The notes below the pieces were generated by a model. That model saw nothing but the letters and a program-made list of their open reading frames with translations, ran no database searches and had not been told where the DNA came from. A stretch of 64,000 nt of DNA, from positions 3,767 through 67,766 of the forward strand of contig JAAZOH010000025.1 in the NCBI GenBank assembly GCA_012797845.1, given 5' to 3'. The position numbers were made by a program, and so were the translations under genes. The DNA comes from Candidatus Beckwithbacteria bacterium. GTDB lineage: Bacteria; Patescibacteriota; Microgenomatia; UBA1400; UBA1449. Shown one piece after another: positions 28,169 to 37,554 of the stretch; the stretch's first letter is position 1, and the number at the start of each line of letters is the position of its first letter.

Positions 28169-29782
28169 TTATTTTGTAAGTTTATATAGTTTAATATGAT
28201 TTTTCTGATTCTCATAGATGAACTTAACACGATTTTCATATTTTGAGTCAAGGTCTTGATATTGAACCAACACATAATCACAAACTTCATTTGTTTGATA
28301 TGATTCATGCACATAAGGAAAGTCAACGTAAAATAAGTTTTGGCCACCTTCAAAACAAACTAGGTCTGAATCTTTGATAGTTTTTGCCAAAAAATCATCA
28401 GTATCATAAAAAGCATTTGTTAAATCCAAATTCTCCAGTAAATATTGGTGACTGGTTTTTTGACCCAAAATAAGCGGCAAAGTTTTGGCATTAATATAAA
28501 CTCTTAGCAAGCCATTGAAACCAACTACTGCCAAAATTAAAGCTAAAATTAGGCTTTGCCAAGTTTTACTTAACTGTTTGGATACGGCAAATGGCAAGCT
28601 GGCCAGCAAAGCAAAGGCCGGTAAATAAGGCACCATAAACCGGCTACCTCCAGTTCTAGGAATTAGAAACCAGGCTGTATAAGCTAGCAAGCAGTACCAA
28701 GCTATGATTCGCCACTTTTTTTGAGCTCGCAAAACACATAAAGAAAAAGGCAGTAAGGCAATATACAGTGGCGAAATTGGGCTAATCCAATCAGTCGGCA
28801 AGTTGGACAGTTTAAAAAAATCAGTCAAATACTCCCATGGTCCATACAAGATAAAATCGTGCCAACTACTTAAAATCCCAGAAAATAAGGGATAAAACGG
28901 GTAACCAGTCAAAAGATACGCCCGTACAAACCAGATAGAGCTTATTAGTAGAGCTGGCCCAACTACCAGAAAAGTTTTAGCTACTCTTTTTTTGGTAGCG
29001 CTAATAAGAACTAAAAAGCCAATAATACCTAAAGAAACCAGACCGAAATATTTAGTCGCTACTCCTAAACCAATGAGTAGGCTCGATTTAAATAAATCAC
29101 TGTCTCGCCTCTCCTGATACCAATTGTAAAAATAAAAAAAGGCTAGAAATTCAAAAAAAGTTCTGGCTAAATCAATATAAGCCGTCGTAATCAGCCAAGC
29201 TACAGCCAAGTCAGAAATAAATAGCAAAGCTGCCACTAAACCAGCTCTTTTACTAAGGTGTTTAGAGCCAAAAATATAGATAGCTAAAGTAGTTAAAATC
29301 CCAAACAAAAAATGCCACAGCCTAGCTCCTAGCTGACCACCGATAACTAAACCAAGCGTATACAGCATTTCTCCCAGTTGGGGCATGGCACTGTAATAAT
29401 ACAAATCTCCGGGAATAAAACTAAAAGTGTGTTTAGCTAAATACAGCTTGGGCAGTGTCAGGTGATACCAAAGAGCATCAAAAAAGATTTCCGGAGCCAA
29501 AACTCCCATCAGATGAATTAAGGCAAAAACCAATAGCATTAACATCAAAAAGTAATCAAGAGTAGTTTCTGGTTTTAAGTCTAATATAAAAGTGCGCAGC
29601 TGTGACCAGTGTTTAACTGTATAAAAAATCACAAAGCCTAAGAAAGCTAAACCAAGCAAGCATAAAACCCATGGATATAAAATTCCCAATAAACCAGCCC
29701 CTAAAATTGCATAAGCCAAAATTCCGATAATAAGCGCTGCGATAAACATAGGTTTTATGCTCCAGTTTGTGCCCAAAAACAA
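28169..29782 (-). CDS. Polytopic membrane protein, putative GT-C-type glycosyltransferase
   Basis: At least 12 TM helices with first loop APEIFFDALWYHLTLPK and a C-terminal soluble domain. Confidence 0.4.
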   Translation of the reverse strand: MFLGTNWSIKPMFIAALIIGILAYAILGAGLLGILYPWVLCLLGLAFLGFVIFYTVKHWSQLRTFILDLKPETTLDYFLMLMLLVFALIHLMGVLAPEIFFDALWYHLTLPKLYLAKHTFSFIPGDLYYYSAMPQLGEMLYTLGLVIGGQLGARLWHFLFGILTTLAIYIFGSKHLSKRAGLVAALLFISDLAVAWLITTAYIDLARTFFEFLAFFYFYNWYQERRDSDLFKSSLLIGLGVATKYFGLVSLGIIGFLVLISATKKRVAKTFLVVGPALLISSIWFVRAYLLTGYPFYPLFSGILSSWHDFILYGPWEYLTDFFKLSNLPTDWISPISPLYIALLPFSLCVLRAQKKWRIIAWYCLLAYTAWFLIPRTGGSRFMVPYLPAFALLASLPFAVSKQLSKTWQSLILALILAVVGFNGLLRVYINAKTLPLILGQKTSHQYLLENLDLTNAFYDTDDFLAKTIKDSDLVCFEGGQNLFYVDFPYVHESYQTNEVCDYVLVQYQDLDSKYENRVKFIYENQKNHIKLYKLTK

Positions 29783-29918
29783 ATTGGATTTCCCTGGTTA
29801 AGAAATTTAGCACAAGCCACAACACTAAAATAGTGAGCCACTATTACAACAGCCAAAATAAAAAAAAGTAATAAGACTATTTGCTTTATTTGCATAATCA
29901 AATTAAGATGTATTATCG

Positions 29919-31064
29919 TTGCTTTTCCAAATTGTTTCAAATATGCCAAAACTTAAAATTCTTTTTATCGGACTTCTGATAGTATTCTTTTTGGTAAAAA
30001 TCTATCCTTTTAGACAAAAACTGTTCGGTACTTTTAATTATAAAGATTTAGAGAATAGCTACAACCATTCTCAATTTGCTCCCAATCCCAGTGATGCTGT
30101 TTCGGTCATTGACGATGATCAGCTTTATCAATATGCCGGCTATATTTATGTAACTCAGGGAGTAATTGATAGCGTTAATGTCGAACATCCTCCTTTAGTT
30201 AAATATCTTTATGGTTTAGGTCTTATTTTGTTTGGTAATGCTGTCCTTATTCAGCTTATTTTTGCTATTGGTTTTCTCATTGTGTCTTATTTACTGGCAG
30301 ATAAAATTTTAAAAAACACTTACTTAGCTTTGCTTATTCCTTTTTTCTTAATCAACGAATCACTCTTTATCAATCAAGCCACTACCACTCTTCTAGACTT
30401 ATTCCAAACCATGTGTGTTCTTTTATTTATGTTTGTTTATCTAATTAGTCCGGATAATAACCCTCGGCTCTATGTTTTACTAGGCATTATTTTAAGCTTA
30501 ATTGCCGCCAGTAAATTTCCAGCCCTAGCTGTGATTGTATTGCTAAGTTTATTTATCTTTGAATTAGCTTGGAAAAAATTTAATTTAAAAAATTTTGCGA
30601 TCTTAGCTGTAGTGGCCCTATTACTGTACCTAACTACTTACAGTCCCTTACTTATCACACAAGGCTTTTCTGGTTTCATAAGGGTTCAGCTTCAGGCTGC
30701 CCATATCCATGCCAGCCATGTCCCCAACTACCCTTTTCTCGCTCCAATTCGGGTCTTTTTTCTAAATCAGTGGCCAGTCTGGTTTGATAGCCAAAATCCA
30801 ATTCATCAAACTGCTTTCTGGAGTTTCCTCTGGCCTATTTTGGGATTAACTATTTTTGCTAGTCCAATGCTTTTTTTAACAAAAAAAATAGAACAGAGTT
30901 TTATCATTATTTTTACCTGGCTTTATTTTATTTTCATCAACTCCCGATTGTTTTTTCCTCACTACCTTTTGCCACTTTTACCAATTACTTATATTTTGTT
31001 TATCTTGGAAATCAGGAGTTTGATAAAGAAAATTAGTCCAAACCGGTTATTAAGTAAACTTTAA
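29919..31064 (+). CDS. Putative GT-C glycosyltransferase, PMT_2/GT39-like
   Basis: Loop-1 motif DSVNVEHPPLVKYLYGLG (the EHPPL pattern seen in PMT_2-type glycosyltransferases). Polytopic membrane protein. Confidence 0.45.
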   Translation: MLFQIVSNMPKLKILFIGLLIVFFLVKIYPFRQKLFGTFNYKDLENSYNHSQFAPNPSDAVSVIDDDQLYQYAGYIYVTQGVIDSVNVEHPPLVKYLYGLGLILFGNAVLIQLIFAIGFLIVSYLLADKILKNTYLALLIPFFLINESLFINQATTTLLDLFQTMCVLLFMFVYLISPDNNPRLYVLLGIILSLIAASKFPALAVIVLLSLFIFELAWKKFNLKNFAILAVVALLLYLTTYSPLLITQGFSGFIRVQLQAAHIHASHVPNYPFLAPIRVFFLNQWPVWFDSQNPIHQTAFWSFLWPILGLTIFASPMLFLTKKIEQSFIIIFTWLYFIFINSRLFFPHYLLPLLPITYILFILEIRSLIKKISPNRLLSKL

Positions 31065-32499
31065 AGACATTATTTCTGGAATCAACTGGAAAATGGTTGT
31101 AAATATCCGTATACAACCAAACTTGCTTGCTTGCATCCAGTTTTTGCCAAGTTTCCTTCATGGCCATATATGGCTCTTCACTCAGATTTGCCATGAGCTC
31201 AGTTTTTCGCTCGTCTGTAATAATGATGCCTCCCTTCAATGCTTCTGGTGATAGAAGCCGAATTGGTAAATCAAAATAAGTAGATAGTTTTTCCGGCTCG
31301 AATGAAGCATAAATCGGTAAATCATAAGCTTTTTTTAAAGTTAAAACATACTGCTTGGTCTCACGAATCGAAATGTGTTGTGTAGCCAACCATGCCTGGT
31401 AGGTCCATGGCAAGACAATAATCAAAGCTATATATATAGTTTTGCGGCTAAAAAGACTGGTTAAAAAATAACTACCAAGCAATCCTAAGGCTGGCACAAG
31501 CAACAATGCGTATCGAGGCGAAAAATTAAAAAGGTATAAAAAAATAAAAGCAGGAACAAAAAAAATTAAAATGTGAGACATATATTGATCTTGCCAACTG
31601 TTAGTGTTTTGTTTTTTAGCCAGTTTGATCACTAAAAATAGCAAGGTTAACATTCCTAGCAAACTCAAAAGCGCTAAAAATGGAGAAAACAAAAATGTGC
31701 TTTTTTGAATATAAATATATAAAGTAGCCAAATGAACTCGAAAATTAAACAGATTTAAAAAATGTTGTCCAGGATAGTTAAGAGCTTGAGCTACAAAATT
31801 ATTTTTAAAAATATACCAATAAGGAATCAGGATAAAGCCTACTACTATCCCTGCTCCAAGATAATAGTAAGCTAATTTTTTGATAATCTTTTTGCCATAT
31901 AAAATCCATATTACCAGTGGTGATAGCAAAAAAATACAAGTAGTAAATTTTATTAAAATAGCCAAAGCTAGTAAGATACCCGCCAGAAGCAAATGATGTG
32001 TTTTAGATTTTTGCAAATTTAAAATCAGTAGCGCTATAGATAAAGAAGCCAAACCTAAATAAAGCATATCCATTGTTCCAGTTTGGCTATAAAAAAAACT
32101 CAGAGGCATCAACCAAACTAAATAAGCAGCTACTAATCCAAAATCCTTGTGTTTATGTGCTAAACCAAAAATATACATCCCCAAACAAAGTAAATAAGTT
32201 CCGATAATAGCTAGTAACCGTTGAGCAACAAAAATTCCCCACACATGAGTTAGTTTATCCAGCCAGGCAGAAAGAAAAATAAATAATGGAAAAGTTTCTA
32301 AAAATAAATGGCCATCAAAAACAGGCCAATGTCCCATTTTAACTTGTTGAACAAAGCTATAAAATAAACCTTCATCAGGCTCTAAAACATGAAAATCAGT
32401 ATCTAAATATAGTAAGTGAGACAAAAAAAATAATAAGGAAAAGATAATAAACCCAGTATGTCGCTTCAAAAAGATCAAAATCTGCTTTTTCATATTCAC
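31033..32499 (-). CDS. Putative GT-C glycosyltransferase (ArnT/PMT-like)
   Basis: Loop-1 motif HVLEPDEGLFYSF after TM1, about 12 TM helices. Confidence 0.4.
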   Translation of the reverse strand: MNMKKQILIFLKRHTGFIIFSLLFFLSHLLYLDTDFHVLEPDEGLFYSFVQQVKMGHWPVFDGHLFLETFPLFIFLSAWLDKLTHVWGIFVAQRLLAIIGTYLLCLGMYIFGLAHKHKDFGLVAAYLVWLMPLSFFYSQTGTMDMLYLGLASLSIALLILNLQKSKTHHLLLAGILLALAILIKFTTCIFLLSPLVIWILYGKKIIKKLAYYYLGAGIVVGFILIPYWYIFKNNFVAQALNYPGQHFLNLFNFRVHLATLYIYIQKSTFLFSPFLALLSLLGMLTLLFLVIKLAKKQNTNSWQDQYMSHILIFFVPAFIFLYLFNFSPRYALLLVPALGLLGSYFLTSLFSRKTIYIALIIVLPWTYQAWLATQHISIRETKQYVLTLKKAYDLPIYASFEPEKLSTYFDLPIRLLSPEALKGGIIITDERKTELMANLSEEPYMAMKETWQKLDASKQVWLYTDIYNHFPVDSRNNVFKVYLITGLD

Positions 32500-32548
32500 C
32501 CGAACCTTATAGTAAGTTTATCCTACGCGCTTTTTTGCAAAATTGCAA

Positions 32549-34063
32549 TCAATCTTTTGGCTTTGAAATAAGTACGTTTAAGCTATGAATGTTGGTTACT
32601 AAATGCCAACTATCATATTTCTTCTGCCAATTTTGCCACTCTCTTTTAGCTTCTATCGAATCATCCAAACTATCATAGATAACTACATTGAAAATCGGTG
32701 TTTGTTTATCTGCTTGATCTACATAAAGCCAATCAAAATAAGCATCCATATAGCTACTAACTGGTCTCAGTTTCAGATATTCAGCCAAATACCGATAGCC
32801 TTCATATTTACTATCACTGCCCAAAACTTCCAAATGATAAGGTTGATTTTGGACAAAACTGCGAACCAATTCTAAAACTTTTTGTTTATCCGAAAACCCC
32901 AAATGATTAGTTAATGTCAGAGATTGAGTAATCCAAATTAGAATTAAAATTGTTATCAAGCCAAATACCCATTGAGCAACTTCCTTTTGACTAAGTAATA
33001 ATCCCCCTAAAGCAATCAGCATGGGCCAAATCGGTAAAAAATAGTAAGCACTGATCGGACCAGGATAAACCACAACCATGGCTAAAACGCTCACAAAAGC
33101 TAAAAATATGGCATAAAAAATTGTTTGTTTTCTATGAGTAAAAGCGATATACAAACTAGCAATTATTACAATCAGTCCTAATACTAATAGTAATATCGGG
33201 TAATCATTACTATGAAAAAGTGTGAACATATCGCTAAACCAACCCAGAAAACCCAACTGCCCAAAACTACCAAGCATCACTTTTAATTTTGCAAAAATAT
33301 CAAAGCTTAGCTGGTTTTGCCCGAAATGCAGTAAGGCTTTGCTTTGCAAAAAACCATGCCGCAATTCAAATAGCAGTAAAGGGCTTATAAATATTCCAAA
33401 AACTAAAACCGCTAAGGAGGCTGTTTTTGACCAAATTATTTTCTTTTGTGTTTTACCTAAAATTACCAAACTGGGAATTACTAAAATAAGGAGTGAGTAG
33501 TGAACATGCAGTGCTGCTCCTAAAACAGCACTTATTAAAATCCAGTAGCGTTTATCTTGTTTGACCTTACTAATAGTCAGTAACCATAGAATCGTTAATA
33601 GCATAACCAAGCTGGGATTCCAAAACTTCCGATCAAAACTAACCAATACCGGATTACTGGCATAAGCTAAGCCAACCACCAAAGCTGCTAGGGTATTTTT
33701 ACCAGTAGACCAAATTAGATAATACAGTAATCCTGCAGTTATAGTTCCAATAAAAGCTGCAACTAGTCCGGTAAAAAGCGGATTCAAATGGCCTACGTAA
33801 TAAATTAGAGCTGAAAACCAAGTAAAAAAAGGGCCCAAGTATAAACCAGTTCCAGCTACGTTAACGCCTATTAAGGGAACATGGCCAGTTTTAATAGTAT
33901 TGACTGCTAAAAAAGCCTGGTACTCCTCATCCATGGTAAACGGAAACAGTTGAACTAAATGATAATACCTCAAGCAAAAAGCACTTATTACCACAACTAA
34001 AAAATAAAAAGATGGAGAATTAAACCAAGTGGTTTTAACAATTAGTTTTGTGATTTTTTTCAT
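32549..34063 (-). CDS. Putative GT-C glycosyltransferase (ArnT/PMT-like)
   Basis: Loop-1 motif FPFTMDEEYQAFLAV after TM1, polytopic. Confidence 0.4.
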   Translation of the reverse strand: MKKITKLIVKTTWFNSPSFYFLVVVISAFCLRYYHLVQLFPFTMDEEYQAFLAVNTIKTGHVPLIGVNVAGTGLYLGPFFTWFSALIYYVGHLNPLFTGLVAAFIGTITAGLLYYLIWSTGKNTLAALVVGLAYASNPVLVSFDRKFWNPSLVMLLTILWLLTISKVKQDKRYWILISAVLGAALHVHYSLLILVIPSLVILGKTQKKIIWSKTASLAVLVFGIFISPLLLFELRHGFLQSKALLHFGQNQLSFDIFAKLKVMLGSFGQLGFLGWFSDMFTLFHSNDYPILLLVLGLIVIIASLYIAFTHRKQTIFYAIFLAFVSVLAMVVVYPGPISAYYFLPIWPMLIALGGLLLSQKEVAQWVFGLITILILIWITQSLTLTNHLGFSDKQKVLELVRSFVQNQPYHLEVLGSDSKYEGYRYLAEYLKLRPVSSYMDAYFDWLYVDQADKQTPIFNVVIYDSLDDSIEAKREWQNWQKKYDSWHLVTNIHSLNVLISKPKD

Positions 34064-35633
34064 ATCGCCATGTAATTATAAAATTACGCAAAAATAAAAC
34101 TAAAGCCAATATCGCTAAGCTAAACCAAAGATACCAGCTATATGATTTAAACAGCCAAGGTTTATATTGGCTAATTTGATTTAAAAAAATACTCCAAGAA
34201 GATACATCATAGTAAGAAACAATAATGGTACGCAATCCAATGATTTGCAAAATTAACCACCAAAACCCTAATATTACCAACACATAATTGGGACTATATT
34301 TTTTAAAAACTTGCTGCCATAAAAATCGCCAGGAAACTAAAATCAAGGCCATATGAGCTATGATAACTGGAAAATAATACCGGCCTTGTACGCCAAAAGA
34401 AAAATTATAAGCCCGCCGAAATTGCCAATCCCATAGCAATAAAGCCAAGTAGTAAGCTAAGGCTGAAAAAAGCAAAAATAAAATTTTTTGATCAAACAGA
34501 GATAGTTTTTTTGTTTTAAAAAAATTCGTTACTTTTTGGACCAAATACCATAGCAAGCCAAAACCAGTTATGCCCAAAATTCCCATTTGTACCCGATTGA
34601 CCCAACGAGGTAGCACTACCCCCAACCACTTAAAAACTCCCCAATACCAGGGCAAAACTTCGCGGTATGTGTGCAGCAAAGTAAATTTAATATGTTCAAA
34701 TAAACTAATTGCAAAGATTTGCTGGTTTTGATTTCTGCCTGATTGAATAAAGGTATAAATATATTCGGCTTTACCAAATATCATCGCTACTGCCAAAAAT
34801 CCGCTTAGTAGCAATATAAGGCCAATTGTACTAGCAGTTTTTTTACAAAAAAGTTGTTTAATAGGAGTGAAGCGAAATGGCAAAAGACAAAGAGCGATTA
34901 TCAAAGCTACAACCATTTGCTGCTTGGTTAACTGGCCCAAAATAATAATGACAAAAAGATACAGCCAGGCTTGAGCTTTGGGCTTTTCAATAATTTTAAG
35001 ACAGCAATAAACAAATAAAGTAAAGAAAAAATTAAACAATACATCACTAGTTACCCCTGCTCCTACAAACGAAAACATGGGCTGAAAAGCTACTAGAGTT
35101 GTCAAACCCAAGGCCCAAAATTTATTTTGGAAAAGCAGTTGTCCAATTTGCCAAACTACCCAAGTGGTAGCCATAAAAATTAGCAAAGAGAAAAATCTGA
35201 CACTATAAACTCTAGTAATTATGCTTGAGGAAGCAAATAGTTTGTAAAACAACATTGAACCTGAATAATACAAAAATGGGTAAGATGTAGCCTCTCTAAC
35301 CTTTAGGTTGGTGGTATAAGTTTTTGGTAAATCAGTAATAGTTTGTTCATGGACACCTGAGACAGAATTACTATAGGGAATAGTAAACCACGGCTGATGG
35401 GTAAATTTATTATTACCTTGTTGATCTCTTTTAGTACCAAGCAGGATCTCTGACATGGCAATTTCATCACTAGTATTTCCATGGCTCACAGCAAAAAAAG
35501 CCATATTTTGCACTTGAGAAAAATGAGCTTGTTCATCAGGAAAATGCCAGACCGGCACCAATCCCATCCATAAAATTTGTTTTAAAAAAACTAAGGCAAA
35601 AAAACTTACAAGCAACACTGACCAATTTTTCAT
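34035..35633 (-). CDS. Polytopic membrane protein with GT-C-like loop motif (DUF2142-like)
   Basis: VPVWHFPDEQAHFSQV immediately after TM1, about 14 hydrophobic helices. Confidence 0.4.
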   Translation of the reverse strand: MKNWSVLLVSFFALVFLKQILWMGLVPVWHFPDEQAHFSQVQNMAFFAVSHGNTSDEIAMSEILLGTKRDQQGNNKFTHQPWFTIPYSNSVSGVHEQTITDLPKTYTTNLKVREATSYPFLYYSGSMLFYKLFASSSIITRVYSVRFFSLLIFMATTWVVWQIGQLLFQNKFWALGLTTLVAFQPMFSFVGAGVTSDVLFNFFFTLFVYCCLKIIEKPKAQAWLYLFVIIILGQLTKQQMVVALIIALCLLPFRFTPIKQLFCKKTASTIGLILLLSGFLAVAMIFGKAEYIYTFIQSGRNQNQQIFAISLFEHIKFTLLHTYREVLPWYWGVFKWLGVVLPRWVNRVQMGILGITGFGLLWYLVQKVTNFFKTKKLSLFDQKILFLLFSALAYYLALLLWDWQFRRAYNFSFGVQGRYYFPVIIAHMALILVSWRFLWQQVFKKYSPNYVLVILGFWWLILQIIGLRTIIVSYYDVSSWSIFLNQISQYKPWLFKSYSWYLWFSLAILALVLFLRNFIITWRYEKNHKTNC

Positions 35634-35731
35634 AAATAGTGTTATCTAATATGCATTTGCGTATTTCATAATAAGTCTATTATACTTACAAACTAGATTG
35701 TCTGTGTAACTATTAATAATCTTAGATACAA

Positions 35732-35750
35732 TAGACTTATTGCAAAATAA
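35732..35750. repeat. Left arm of a perfect 19-bp inverted repeat (TAGACTTATTGCAAAATAA) in the divergent intergenic region
   Basis: Exact reverse complement of 35877-35895. The two arms flank a 126-bp segment containing a TTGACA hexamer. A partial third copy (AATAAGTCTATT) lies at 35670-35681. Confidence 0.9.
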
Positions 35751-35876
35751 AAAATGTTTGCAAAACGCAGAATTTTTGTCTTATTTTCAAGAAAGATAAT
35801 GCTGATAGCACTAAATGTGCTTGAGGTGTTACCTGACGCAGAAAATTGACAAAAAGACAAGTTGTGCTGCTTTTGC

Positions 35877-35895
35877 TTATTTTGCAATAAGTCTA
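35877..35895. repeat. Right arm of the 19-bp inverted repeat (TTATTTTGCAATAAGTCTA), ending immediately 5' of the UXS start codon
   Basis: Verified base by base against 35732-35750. Ends 1 nt before the ATG at 35896. Confidence 0.9.
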
Positions 35896-36867
35896 ATGAA
35901 TATGGACCAAAAATCAATTTTAATTACTGGCGGAGCTGGACTAATTGGTTCTCATCTTTGTGATTTATTGTTAAACCAAGGTCACCGAGTTACTTGTGTT
36001 GATAATTTTATTACCGGCCGAAAAGAAAATTTAGAAATAGCTTCAGCTTCACCCAATTTCAAATGTATTGAAGCTGATATCAGCAATCCAGCCGAAACCT
36101 ATTTGGATCCTAATTTTCACTTTGACTATATGTATCATCTAGCCTCACCCGCTTCACCAAAAGGGTATCACAACAACCCTATTGCCACATATAAAGCCAA
36201 TGCCTTTGGAACTCATTATCTTTTAGAATATGCCCGAAAGATTAATGCTCGTTTTCTTTACTCTTCAACTTCCGAAAGTTATGGTGACCCCTTAGAACAT
36301 CCCCAAAAAGAAAGCTATTGGGGCAATGTCAATCCGGTAGGAATCAGAGCTTGCTATGATGTTTCCAAACGTTTTGGAGAAATGGCTTGTATTACTGCTT
36401 TTCGCGAATTTGGCCAAGATGTTCGAATCGTCCGGATCTTCAATACTTTTGGTCCAAGAAATGACCCCAATGATGGCCGAGTTATCCCTACTTTTATTTT
36501 ACAAGCTTTGAAAAATGAACCGATAACTATTTTTGGTGATGGTTCCCATACCCGCAGTTATTGTTATGTAGCCGACCTGATTCGTGGTTTGGAAAGTTTT
36601 ATGACTAAACCCGATTTGGCTGGGGAAATCATTAACCTTGGCAACCCTAGAGAATTTACAGTTTTAGAAACAGCCCAAATTATAAAAAAACTGACTAAAT
36701 CCAGCTCAGAAATCAGTAACAAACCTTTAGAAGGAGTCCGCGAAGAAGATCCCAAAAAACGTCAGCCAGATATTACTAAAGCTAAAACATTGCTCAATTG
36801 GCAACCAGAAATCAGTTTTGAGCAAGGTCTGGAACCCACCATCGTTTATTATCAAAAAACTTTATGA
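35896..36867 (+). CDS. uxs: UDP-glucuronate decarboxylase (UDP-xylose synthase)
   Basis: Near-complete match to the UXS family: GGAGLIGSHL, YHLASPASP, ARFLYSSTSESYGDP, RIFNTFGPR, DGSHTRSYCYVADL. Start moved to the ATG at 35896 (MNMDQKS), because the upstream part of the track ORF 35815..36867 has no homology. Confidence 0.85.
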   Translation: MNMDQKSILITGGAGLIGSHLCDLLLNQGHRVTCVDNFITGRKENLEIASASPNFKCIEADISNPAETYLDPNFHFDYMYHLASPASPKGYHNNPIATYKANAFGTHYLLEYARKINARFLYSSTSESYGDPLEHPQKESYWGNVNPVGIRACYDVSKRFGEMACITAFREFGQDVRIVRIFNTFGPRNDPNDGRVIPTFILQALKNEPITIFGDGSHTRSYCYVADLIRGLESFMTKPDLAGEIINLGNPREFTVLETAQIIKKLTKSSSEISNKPLEGVREEDPKKRQPDITKAKTLLNWQPEISFEQGLEPTIVYYQKTL

Positions 36868-36873
36868 GCTACA

Positions 36874-37554
36874 ATGCCATACATTTATAAAGGCACTGAT
36901 CCTTTTTCTTCCCACAATAAAATCGCCAGATTAGTTGTTAATCACAAATCCCCTATCACCGATATTTTAGATGTTGGTTGCAACAAAGGTTTTATCGGCC
37001 AGGTTTTAAAAGAAAATGGTTGGCAAGGTCAAATTAGTGGCCTTGATAAAGATAAAACCTATAAAAAAGATGTCTTAAAATTAAAATACAAAAAATTTTA
37101 TGAAATTAATTTAGAAGACACTTTTAAACTTGAGGGCAAATTTGACGCTATTATTATTGGTGATGTTCTAGAACATTTAGTCAACCCAATACGCGCTTTA
37201 AAACAACTGAAAACTTACCTTAAACCAAAAGGCATTTTTATTATCTCTTTGCCAAATATTGCCAATTTCTATATTCGCCTTTCGTTACTTTTAGGTAAAT
37301 TTGATTATGCTGAAAAAGGGATTTTGGATATAGATCACAAATATTTTTATACTCAAAAAACAGCTTTAGCTATGCTTAAAAAATCAACTTTGAAAATTAA
37401 GAAGGTTAAACCCACCCCAATTCCCCTTCCTGCCGTACACCCACTTTTTCAAATCAAAAAACCCTTGTTTGTATTCCATGGTTTTTCAGATGTGATAACC
37501 AGATCATATCCGCGTTTTTTTGCTTACCAATTTATTTTTGTGTGCACAGTTTGA
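36874..37554 (+). CDS. Class I SAM-dependent methyltransferase
   Basis: ILDVGCNKGFIG (motif I) and IIIGDVLEHLVNP (motif II/post II). Confidence 0.6.
   Translation: MPYIYKGTDPFSSHNKIARLVVNHKSPITDILDVGCNKGFIGQVLKENGWQGQISGLDKDKTYKKDVLKLKYKKFYEINLEDTFKLEGKFDAIIIGDVLEHLVNPIRALKQLKTYLKPKGIFIISLPNIANFYIRLSLLLGKFDYAEKGILDIDHKYFYTQKTALAMLKKSTLKIKKVKPTPIPLPAVHPLFQIKKPLFVFHGFSDVITRSYPRFFAYQFIFVCTV

Noticed and set aside
35815-35895. Upstream extension of the UXS ORF (track start at 35815)
   Set aside because: The N-terminal extension MCLRCYLTQKIDKKTSCAAFAYFAISL has no homology and overlaps the inverted repeat. The conserved UXS sequence begins at the ATG at 35896.
35693-35917. 74-aa minus-strand ORF spanning the divergent intergenic region
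   Set aside because: It covers the promoter and inverted-repeat region, and its product is low complexity. It is more plausibly non-coding regulatory DNA.
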